From IMG/VR virus record IMGVR_UViG_3300033233_000019, positions 34,913 to 98,912 of that record: a DNA stretch of 64,000 nucleotides; one strand, written 5' to 3'. Source of the DNA: a virus. Positions 19,475 through 28,270 of this stretch are shown here, piece after piece. The notes under the pieces are model-generated. The model was not told where the DNA came from. It saw only the letters and a list, made by a program, of their open reading frames with translations, and did not search any database. Each line of letters begins with the position of its first letter. Position 1 is the first letter of the stretch. The position numbers and the translations under genes are program-made.

Positions 19475-20568
19475 TGAGTACACCTGTCGTTTACACAATT
19501 TCGTCGCCAAACGGCAGCGCAGATAGATCAGTTACAGGCTATGCCTCCGCATTGAAGCAGCTTTTGTTATTCAACGCTGCATCAGGAACTTTCTTAAATG
19601 TGGACGGAACAGCCTTCACGCTTTCATCGTTTACTCCTGATCCTAATGCTGGCGGAAGTCAGTTTCAATGTGCTGGCCCAATGTCTTCGGGCTGCGATGC
19701 TGCGGGAAATTGGTACAGTAACCTTGATAGTAGTCCTCATTATGTCGAAAAGTATGATAAGGCTTCTAAGCTGAAGCTTACGTCTAACACAGACTTTCCG
19801 ACAGTAGGTTCGTTAGGGCCACCATCGGTCAACGTTCAAAAAGACAATTCTAGCATCGAGCACGTCGTGGCATTCGAGGACAATGCGGGTCAAATCGCAG
19901 TGTGGGATACAGGTATGCTGTTGCAAGGTTATGCGTTTGTTCGCAATCCTTCTGGTGCTGTATCGAACTCGTCATTCACTTCATGCTACGACAAAAACGG
20001 TTTGCTTTGGGGATTGACCAACACTTCACTTAGCAACAACGGAAATTCCAATCTAGTGTCTATCGATCCGGCTGGCGGTTCAACTGGAAACAACTTCAAC
20101 ACTGTGGCATGGTTTACTGTTGCAGGAGTGACATACGGGCAATCGATGGCAATGTGGTATGTTGCTTCTGATCACTCATTGGTCTTAGCAACTCGTACCG
20201 GGTTTTTGATCAAATGGGATATCGCCACTCATTCTATTGTCGCAAACGTTGATCACTCAGCACAACTTGGAAGTCAAGATTATGGAACTGCTGCTGGATG
20301 GGCAAAGACCGGAACCCTGCTAAACGATAAGATTCACTTTGGCGGACTGAATGGCGTTCTGTATGTGTTCAATGCAGTGACTTTGGCAATTGACACTACT
20401 TACAATTTCCGAACAATTCTAAGCAACGGTACGTTTGGCTGGCCTGTTCTTCCGCTCCAATATTTTCCTGAGCAACAGCTTGTAGTAATCAACTACACTG
20501 GAAATACTTGGAAGATTGTGCAGCTTGCCCCTAAAACGCATCGAAGAATGATTTTCATCAACACATAA
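19474..20568 (+). CDS. Beta-propeller-like structural/receptor-binding protein
   Basis: TAATG coupling; repeated D..G..W units. Confidence 0.55.
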   Translation: MSTPVVYTISSPNGSADRSVTGYASALKQLLLFNAASGTFLNVDGTAFTLSSFTPDPNAGGSQFQCAGPMSSGCDAAGNWYSNLDSSPHYVEKYDKASKLKLTSNTDFPTVGSLGPPSVNVQKDNSSIEHVVAFEDNAGQIAVWDTGMLLQGYAFVRNPSGAVSNSSFTSCYDKNGLLWGLTNTSLSNNGNSNLVSIDPAGGSTGNNFNTVAWFTVAGVTYGQSMAMWYVASDHSLVLATRTGFLIKWDIATHSIVANVDHSAQLGSQDYGTAAGWAKTGTLLNDKIHFGGLNGVLYVFNAVTLAIDTTYNFRTILSNGTFGWPVLPLQYFPEQQLVVINYTGNTWKIVQLAPKTHRRMIFINT

Positions 20569-20577
20569 GGATAGAAC

Positions 20578-20943
20578 ATGGCTAATAGATTACCTGATGG
20601 CGAAGCTTCTTGTAATTCGGTTTATGATAACTACATTCAAAACTCCAAAAGACGGGGTTTGTCGTTTGAGCTAACCAAAGAAGAAGCAAAAAGTCTGTTT
20701 ACATCGAATTGTTATTATTGTGGTGTTGAGCCATCAAAATTTCGCCAGCCTAAAAACAGGATTCGTTCAGGATTCATGTACAACGGTATCGACCGGGTAA
20801 ACAATGAAATTGGGTACACGGCAGATAATTGTGTAACATGTTGTTTTGTCTGTAACCGCATGAAATACATTTTGTCGCAAAAAGAGTTTTTGGAACATAT
20901 AAGCCGAATTGCAGCTTATAGGATTGGCGGATTAAATGCCTAA
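20578..20943 (+). mobile_element. HNH endonuclease (CYYC...NGIDR.NN..GY..NCV.CC..CN..K type)
   Basis: Motifs seen; paralog of 60847..61449. Confidence 0.85.
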
Positions 20944-23900
20944 TCAAATCGGGTTATCTGGTGGTCAGCCACAAAAACAAACCAGATTCGCACCACTATA
21001 TACTGGCAGATGGAGTTCAGGTTTATGGACTAATCGTTCTCCTCTTCGTGATGGCAACACATCGCGCATCGTGGAAAAGTTCTATGGTGCTGCGGGTGAT
21101 GCTCTGATCGACGGCCTGAACGTTGAAATCACAAACAGACTGACATTGGCTCGTAGACCGGGCAATCCAGTGTTCGATTCAAACACCTACACTGGTGTTG
21201 ACAACATCCAAGCATTCAGCATGTTCTCTCCGACTACGGAGCAGATCGATGTGATGATTGACGAAGCTAATCAGCTTTCGTCTCTGTTCGGCGGCGTTAA
21301 GTCACTCGTATGGAATAAGAGTGTTGGCGCTGGACAGACATACATGCAGCCAGTTGGCAACAGTCTGTATTTTGCCAACGGCATTGACAACAAGAAATGG
21401 CTCCAAAGTCTAGTGACTTGGGCCGCAAGCACACAATGGAACGGGCCAACATCGCCCTACATGACTACGTTTCTGATTGATTCCAACGGGAACATTCAGC
21501 AATTGACTGCTTGCATCATCGGCATCACTTCGACAACTGTAGCCAGCGGTGTCCTGACTGTGACTGCCACAGAGACATTGCAGCCCGGTGGTCTACTGAG
21601 CGATCTTGTGACACCCGGCTTGCAGGTAAAGTTTCCTGCGGCTCTAGCGGCAACAACTCTTCAAGGATTGATAGTCACCGTTGACACAGTTAGCGGTTTG
21701 ACATTCACTGCAAAAGTCACCCTTGCCAACTACGCTTCGACTCCTGAGACTGCCAAAACGATGAACGTGTTTGGCGGCTTTCCGGTTTCTGGTGTAGGCG
21801 TTCCAACATGGTCAACAACTCCACTGACGCCCGGTATGGCAACGCCATCCGATGCCCTCACGCTTGATGGAACAGTTCAGTGGACTAATCGCGGTACTCC
21901 GGTTGAGAATTGGGGCATCAAACCGCCCACAACGACAATGCCGAAGCCGGGACTCAACTCTTCGCGTGTCGCGTGGAACACGAATACATTCTACTCCAAT
22001 CCGGGTGTGATCATCGACGCTAACGGGAACATTCAGTTAGTCACCATCGATGGCATTTCTGGTGCCTCAGTACCTACATGGGGAACGAACGTCAACGATC
22101 TAACGGTTGATGGTGGAGTAACGTGGAAACTTATCCAGAAGGCTCCTTTAGGATGGGCCGCTGGAACAGCATATACGCCGGGAGTATTTGTCACTGGCGC
22201 AACAGCCGGAACAGGCACATGTTTGTTTCGCCTTCGAGCCTTCTCACAGCCATTGCTCAAGAACGGCAACATCGACGTTTGGACGTGGAATCACGATCAT
22301 AGTCGCGGTGTTGGATCGTTCGCTCTTTTGGCTCCCGTGGTAGCTGGCGTTTCAAACGCTGGTACTCACACCACAACCAACACTTATGTTGGACATGCAA
22401 CAGTCAATTGCATTTCAAAGACAACCCCAGTATCTTCTTCTCCCGGTAACGGCGATGATGGATTTTGGGATCAGCAAAGCAACGCTGGTGAGTGGGTTAG
22501 CAATAGCCGTATCTATGCGCCGCACGCTGACACGAGCAGTGTCATTAGCGGCACGCTAACCGTTGGAGTACCCGGACAGTATACTTTCGCGCTGAATCAC
22601 CATGATGGTTGTTTCATCGGCTTTGGTGGCGGCGCAACGAAAGTGTCTGGCGTGCTCATCGACGACGCAGCGGTTTCCCCTGCCAGAACCACAACAGCAA
22701 TGTTCGGTTATCCGATCTTTGGTGGTACTGACACTGGTCTATCAGGAAACGCAATCTGGAATGACACGGTTACAGTCAATTTTCCTGTAGCTGGTGACTA
22801 TCCGTTTGAAATCGACTATGCGTACTGGTATCACTCTTCGTCGCACACTGAGCAGCCTGTAATGAAAGGTGCTCCCAACTCCGAAGTGTACATGGAAATG
22901 GTTTGCAACGGCAAGACCATCATTCCTACCACACCAGTGAGCGGTGCGACACAACCTATTTGGCCGGATTGGACAACTGCTTTTGCAGCATACGATTCGA
23001 CTGCGAACGACACAAAATACCCCACAGTAACCGATGCATCTGGAACAATGGTTTGGGAAAATCTTGGGCCAGTAACCGATTATGTGTGGGTGGCAACAAC
23101 CACATTCACGCTGCCAAATCAGATCATCATTGATCCTAACGGCAACCAGCAAGCGCCGTATCGAACAGGCGTAACTGGTTCCGATGCCTCAACTGAACCT
23201 TCAGTGTGGGCAACAGGAATCGGGCAACTGACCAACGACAATCCCAACCTTATATGGATATGTCATGGTGGAGCATCCTCGTCCGCGTTAGGTGGAACGT
23301 TAAGCACGTTCTCCGATCAAGGATGGGAGTATTGCATCGCTTTGGTTAACACGCTGGACAACACTGTGTCGAACTGTGGTAAGTTGTCAGTCGGAACAGG
23401 AAAAATCATCGGCGCGAAGAGTTTGAACTTTGCGGCTGGTGACGGTCTTCCTCCTGCATCGCAGATCGATCCACAGGTCGATTATGTGGCGATATTCAGA
23501 ACGACTGACGGTTTGGGCGTGCCGTTCTTGATTCCGGGGTTGGAGAATAACACCTTCTACACAATCTCACTGGCAGAATATCTGGCAAACGGATACTCTG
23601 ATACGACACCGGATACGTCGCTCGACAACCTTATTCAAGGCCCGATTTCGGGAGAAAACACTCCTCCCGCTGGCGGCGCTCAGAATTTGACGTACCATTT
23701 GAACCGCATCTTCTTCAGCGTTGGCAACGTGGTCTACTGGACTTCTGGCCCGGACGATCCCATTGGCAACGGTCTGAACGGTGTGTCACCTTTGAACTTC
23801 GACCAATTACCGTCGCTGGTAAAGCGCATTGTGCCAACTGGATTGGGAGCACTGGTATTCACAGTTTCCGATATCTTCATCATCAACGGAACTGGAACGT

Positions 23901-24751
23901 CAAACAATCCTATCCAGAGTGCTCAACCGTTTATCTCTGGTATTGGTCTGCTGAGTTACAACGCTTTGGCGCTCAAGGGAACAACGATTGGCATGTTCAC
24001 TACGGACAAGCAATTCTTGATCCTTGACCCGACGAGCGGCGTTTCAATCGCTGGATTCCCAATCGGTGATCGTCTTCGCAAGAACAACGGTCAGCCGGGA
24101 ACAGCATGGAACCCTAAGAATGTGTATGTGACGTGGCACGCTAACGGCGAAGACCACGCATGGTATCTTTCGGATGGAGCGAACGGTTGGTACAAACTAA
24201 TCGACACTCCTGCTCCTGAAGACCCCGGACACTACACATGGTCGCCATTCGCTAACATCGTTGGCGGTTGCAAGGCTGTCTTGAGTATCGAAGTTAGTCC
24301 CGGTGTTCACGAATTGTTGCTTGGCCCAACAGGGTCAGGAGAGATTCTGCACAGAGACTTGACTACATTCACGGACGGTGCAAGCAGCACGTATGGCGCT
24401 TGGGCGGTTATTGGTTCGGCTGTGTTAGCACAACCGGGTCAAGTTGCCGAAGTCATGTTTATCACAACTGAGTCAGTTCGGACTGGTACTTCGCTTACGT
24501 TGGGAATTTTGGTTGACGAAGCGTTACCGTACTACACTGGCCCATTTGAAATATTGAAAGTTTGGGAAGACGATCCTACGGGTATTCCACCAAGCCGTTC
24601 AATATTTGGTCAGAGATTCTACATGTCAGAATCGAAAGACAAGCCAGCAATTTGCCGCCACATGCAGTTCCAGATTAATTGGGTGAAGGAAGAAGTAGCA
24701 AGCGAACTTCTGACGCTCACAGTATTCGGTGCGTACAACCAAGAAAGTTAA
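20936..24751 (+). CDS. Tail nozzle/tubular B-like protein with inserted carbohydrate-binding repeats and a PA14-like domain
   Basis: NVEITNRLTLARRPG, RIFFSVGNVVYW; DxNGN..T.P.W repeats; G.YTFAL.HHDG. Confidence 0.65.
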   Translation: MPNQIGLSGGQPQKQTRFAPLYTGRWSSGLWTNRSPLRDGNTSRIVEKFYGAAGDALIDGLNVEITNRLTLARRPGNPVFDSNTYTGVDNIQAFSMFSPTTEQIDVMIDEANQLSSLFGGVKSLVWNKSVGAGQTYMQPVGNSLYFANGIDNKKWLQSLVTWAASTQWNGPTSPYMTTFLIDSNGNIQQLTACIIGITSTTVASGVLTVTATETLQPGGLLSDLVTPGLQVKFPAALAATTLQGLIVTVDTVSGLTFTAKVTLANYASTPETAKTMNVFGGFPVSGVGVPTWSTTPLTPGMATPSDALTLDGTVQWTNRGTPVENWGIKPPTTTMPKPGLNSSRVAWNTNTFYSNPGVIIDANGNIQLVTIDGISGASVPTWGTNVNDLTVDGGVTWKLIQKAPLGWAAGTAYTPGVFVTGATAGTGTCLFRLRAFSQPLLKNGNIDVWTWNHDHSRGVGSFALLAPVVAGVSNAGTHTTTNTYVGHATVNCISKTTPVSSSPGNGDDGFWDQQSNAGEWVSNSRIYAPHADTSSVISGTLTVGVPGQYTFALNHHDGCFIGFGGGATKVSGVLIDDAAVSPARTTTAMFGYPIFGGTDTGLSGNAIWNDTVTVNFPVAGDYPFEIDYAYWYHSSSHTEQPVMKGAPNSEVYMEMVCNGKTIIPTTPVSGATQPIWPDWTTAFAAYDSTANDTKYPTVTDASGTMVWENLGPVTDYVWVATTTFTLPNQIIIDPNGNQQAPYRTGVTGSDASTEPSVWATGIGQLTNDNPNLIWICHGGASSSALGGTLSTFSDQGWEYCIALVNTLDNTVSNCGKLSVGTGKIIGAKSLNFAAGDGLPPASQIDPQVDYVAIFRTTDGLGVPFLIPGLENNTFYTISLAEYLANGYSDTTPDTSLDNLIQGPISGENTPPAGGAQNLTYHLNRIFFSVGNVVYWTSGPDDPIGNGLNGVSPLNFDQLPSLVKRIVPTGLGALVFTVSDIFIINGTGTSNNPIQSAQPFISGIGLLSYNALALKGTTIGMFTTDKQFLILDPTSGVSIAGFPIGDRLRKNNGQPGTAWNPKNVYVTWHANGEDHAWYLSDGANGWYKLIDTPAPEDPGHYTWSPFANIVGGCKAVLSIEVSPGVHELLLGPTGSGEILHRDLTTFTDGASSTYGAWAVIGSAVLAQPGQVAEVMFITTESVRTGTSLTLGILVDEALPYYTGPFEILKVWEDDPTGIPPSRSIFGQRFYMSESKDKPAICRHMQFQINWVKEEVASELLTLTVFGAYNQES

Positions 24752-24753
24752 CA

Positions 24754-25455
24754 ATGGCAACATTAAAAGAATCCTTGGCAACCGATTTAACGGGTTACGA
24801 GCCAGTTGACGTATCCAAGAACTTTGGACTCCCTCCAATGAGGGAAGGTCAACCTACTAAGAATCCGTTTCTTCGCTGTCCAATGCCACCTGTTACGGTT
24901 ACGCCGGATTCTCTTCGACAGTACTATATCGGGGGTCAGGTTCCTCAATTTCGTATCTTGACTCCCAACAACAACCAAAGTGGCGGCGGCAATGGTGGCG
25001 GAACAACAATCGTTGGCGGCGGCGGTACGGTAGTTACTCCCGCAGCCGGATCAAGTTCCACACCAGCAGCTATTGCAGCAACATCAGTATCGTTTACGAC
25101 TCCGAACCTGAATAACGGCCAGACATACGAAGCAATTCTGCCCATGTCTAAATCGTTCCAGCTTCTTCAGCTTGCCGCAAACGATACATGCCGTGTTGAG
25201 ATATACGGAAACGGCACAGCACAGAACAACGATCTGGCACGCGCACTCGATGCACCACCGCTGCCGGGATCACAGCAGGACTTGATCACGGACGTTGTGC
25301 TCGACACAGCGCCGTTCAAATGGACATTCCAGAATCGAGTGGGAGCCAATTCGGACAGCCCGCAGCAATCATTGATCTACATCACGATCACTAATCTTGA
25401 TGTTAGTAGCATGACGATTACGATTACGCTGTTCTATGTGCCGCTTGAAAGCTAA
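24754..25455 (+). CDS. Structural protein (C-terminal domain paralogous to 49549)
   Basis: SF..L......RV.(I/L)Y...A....D..R....PP.......I.D.VLD shared. Confidence 0.65.
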   Translation: MATLKESLATDLTGYEPVDVSKNFGLPPMREGQPTKNPFLRCPMPPVTVTPDSLRQYYIGGQVPQFRILTPNNNQSGGGNGGGTTIVGGGGTVVTPAAGSSSTPAAIAATSVSFTTPNLNNGQTYEAILPMSKSFQLLQLAANDTCRVEIYGNGTAQNNDLARALDAPPLPGSQQDLITDVVLDTAPFKWTFQNRVGANSDSPQQSLIYITITNLDVSSMTITITLFYVPLES

Positions 25456-25457
25456 TT

Positions 25458-25727
25458 ATGAATCGTGAAATCACAAGTTCGTTGTGGCCCTTGACGGGTG
25501 ATGTGGATGCTGAAGCGGGTAACACGTTAGTCCGCGTTATCGGCATTCAAGGTCGAACCGTTGACAATCCGACGCTGTTTGGCGGCGAACACATCGCCTA
25601 CGATCCAGTGACAAACCATTGGATACCCTTTCTTGAGGCAACGATCCAAGTGAACGGTATGACGGTCAGCGATGATCCATACATCAGTGTCAATGTGCCA
25701 AAGCCAGTTTTGGTGAACGGTTCCTAA
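25458..25727 (+). CDS. Small tail-fibre-like protein
   Basis: LTGDV...V.GIQG motif. Confidence 0.55.
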   Translation: MNREITSSLWPLTGDVDAEAGNTLVRVIGIQGRTVDNPTLFGGEHIAYDPVTNHWIPFLEATIQVNGMTVSDDPYISVNVPKPVLVNGS

Positions 25728-26101
25728 TGACTAAAAATCAGAGGAATAGCTACATGCGGGAATACAGCAAACGTTGGAAACCCGGCTGTGATTTCAACAA
25801 AAACAGAAATCTAAAGCACAAATACGGGATCACACTGGATCAATATCAACAGATGTTGGTTTTGCAAAATAATTTGTGCTTGTTGTGCAAACAGACTTTT
25901 GATTTTAACGACAACGTTGGTTATGGCAGTCCAGTAATAGACCACGATCACGGCTGCTGTTCTGGAACTAAGTCTTGCGGAAAATGCATTCGTGGAGTGA
26001 TTCATCGCCGTTGCAATATCGGCTTAGGAGCGTTTTCGGACGACGCTGTGCAATTGAGACTAGCCGCTGAATATTTGGAGAAATTCAATGTTAAATCTTA
26101 A
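25727..26101 (+). mobile_element. Free-standing EndoVII-like HNH endonuclease
   Basis: KYGIT, CLLC, IDHDHGCC...CGKCIRG. Confidence 0.9.
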
Positions 26102-26504
26102 CGATACAACTCCTGCGGCACAGGCAGGATATCAGAATGGCGTATGGCAGGAAGATTCCTCTGGCAACGCTTCAATTGCTATGAAGTTCCAAGGCTTCGG
26201 CGGCAAGACAACAATCGCCCCGGTAGCTGGCGCATTGACTGTTGATTGCTCATTAGCAAACAGCTTCTATATCAATGTGAATGCAGCGATCACATCTATG
26301 AACATCACCAACCCGGTTGACGGGCAGGAGATTACAATTCTGTGGGTTCAGGATGGCACTGGACATGCAATTGTGCTGGCAGGAAACATGCAAGGTGCGA
26401 CTGCACCGACGACAACCGCCAACAAAGTAAGCTGCCAAAAGTTCACGTACAACACTGGCAACGGCAACTGGTACGCAGTTTCCGCTGGCGTTGTAAACAT
26501 GTAA
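26088..26504 (+). CDS. Structural protein
   Basis: GGAG RBS lies inside the upstream HNH; QDGTG motif. Confidence 0.65.
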   Translation: MLNLNDTTPAAQAGYQNGVWQEDSSGNASIAMKFQGFGGKTTIAPVAGALTVDCSLANSFYINVNAAITSMNITNPVDGQEITILWVQDGTGHAIVLAGNMQGATAPTTTANKVSCQKFTYNTGNGNWYAVSAGVVNM

Positions 26505-26512
26505 GGAGAGAC

Positions 26513-26917
26513 ATGGTAACAACACGATGGATTCAGCCGGAAGACCACGACTTGATTACTGAGTCGCTAAAGACCGACGAGTATCACTTCGGAAATGAAG
26601 CCGATTTTTTCTATGATCCAGATACCTGTTGCAACGTCTACGAAGACGAAAACGGGCCGATCATGTATTTGAGGGGATACGTCGATTCCCAAGTCGGTGA
26701 GAGAAGCGTTTGTATCGATATTCAGTTCTTGTCGAACATCGACGCGAGACGCAATATGGAAGCACTGCTGTTCGCCAACAAGTATTTCGTGGCAAACTGC
26801 AAAGAGCAAGGATTTGAAGAACTGGTCTTCAGTACCAAGTCTACAAGACTGAAGAAATTTTGCACGAAGTATCTTGGCTTTGCCGAAGTAGATGGCAAAA
26901 TGCATAAGGTTTTATAA
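26513..26917 (+). CDS. Hypothetical, possibly GNAT-fold assembly protein
   Basis: AAGGAG RBS; position before ejection genes; C-terminal LGF. Confidence 0.5.
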   Translation: MVTTRWIQPEDHDLITESLKTDEYHFGNEADFFYDPDTCCNVYEDENGPIMYLRGYVDSQVGERSVCIDIQFLSNIDARRNMEALLFANKYFVANCKEQGFEELVFSTKSTRLKKFCTKYLGFAEVDGKMHKVL

Positions 26918-26985
26918 CTGCCAGCTTAATTACCTGTGCAGCGGGGAGTGCCCTTTCACTCCCCAATTTTCTAAAGGGAGAAATC

Positions 26986-27402
26986 ATGAAAATGTCTAAA
27001 TGTCACCCAAATAGATTACATTGGGGAAAAGGATTATGCAAAAGGTGTTGGAGTAAAAAGTGGTACGCTCAGAACAAAGCAAAATGGGAGCGATACTATC
27101 AGAAAAACAAGATAAGAATTTGCAAACGAGTAAAACTTCGTGCCAAAAGTATACCGGATAGGCATATTGTGGAAAGATACGGCATTACTTTGGAACGCTG
27201 GATTGAAATATTTGAAAATCAAGGCCAAGTTTGTGCTATATGCAAAACTGGCAAACCTAACGGACGTGGATGGCATACTGACCACGATCACGACACTGAC
27301 AAGGTGAGAGGCATATTATGCCACCACTGCAATGTCGGTATAGGAAACTTAAAAGATAGCATTGAGCTATTAAACAGTGCTATAAGCTATTTAAGAGAAT
27401 AA
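26986..27402 (+). mobile_element. Free-standing EndoVII-like HNH endonuclease
   Basis: CAIC, TDHDH, VRGILCHHCNVGIG. Confidence 0.9.
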
Positions 27403-27410
27403 GAGGGCAC

Positions 27411-28268
27411 GTGGGATTTTGCGGCGGTAATGTTTCAAGTCAAGAAAAAACGGCGCAAGCTAATCAGGCTGCATTGTCGAACACATTGACGCAACAGGCA
27501 CAGACAATCATGGGTGCCAGTTCCAAAGTGTTCAACGACCTGATCGCTGCATTTGCGCCTATCGTGGCGGCAGGGCCATATCAGGAAGGCTTCTCGCTCT
27601 CCCAATTGGCCGAAATGAAATCTCAGGCGGTCACGCAGACAGGCGTTGCTGCTCGAAATGCCATGACTGCGGTCAAGCAAGCTGCATCTGCCCAAGGCGG
27701 CGGAAACATCCCGCTTCCCGGTGGTGCGACAATCGGCGCTGAAATTGGTGTTGCCAATGCTGCCGCTCAGACGGGCGCAGCGCAGCTAACAGGCATCGAC
27801 CTTGCAAGCAAAGAGCAAGGTCTGAAGAACTTCTATGCTGCCGCTGGTGTACTTGGCGGTGCTCCCGGCGCAGCTTTCGGTGTGGCTAACCAAGCGGGTC
27901 AGGTGGCAACAGGCGCAGCAGCGGCCTCTGCGCAGACAGCCGAAGATATCACAAAGGTTCAAAACCAGCCCGGATGGGGTCTTAGCTTGCTGAGTGCAGC
28001 TTCCTCCCTTGGCGGCGCGGCAATCGGCAAGTGGTGCTGGATTGCTGAAGCACTATACGGTGTTGACGCTCCGAAGACGATATTGGTTCGTAAGTGGATC
28101 AATAACGTTTACGCGAAGACGTTCGTTGGTAAGATCGTGTTGTTCTTCTACGGTCTGCTTGGCAAACAGGTTGCCAAGTTAGTCAAAGTTAGTCCTATGT
28201 TGCAGCGGGTTTTCCACCCGATTTTCGACAAGGCGCTGGCAAAGGCAGAAGCATTCTACAAGGAATAA
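27411..28268 (+). CDS. DNA ejection/pilot protein (probable)
   Basis: Ala/Gly/Gln-rich; C-terminal CWIAEALYG domain. Confidence 0.6.
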   Translation: MGFCGGNVSSQEKTAQANQAALSNTLTQQAQTIMGASSKVFNDLIAAFAPIVAAGPYQEGFSLSQLAEMKSQAVTQTGVAARNAMTAVKQAASAQGGGNIPLPGGATIGAEIGVANAAAQTGAAQLTGIDLASKEQGLKNFYAAAGVLGGAPGAAFGVANQAGQVATGAAAASAQTAEDITKVQNQPGWGLSLLSAASSLGGAAIGKWCWIAEALYGVDAPKTILVRKWINNVYAKTFVGKIVLFFYGLLGKQVAKLVKVSPMLQRVFHPIFDKALAKAEAFYKE

Positions 28269-28270
28269 TT

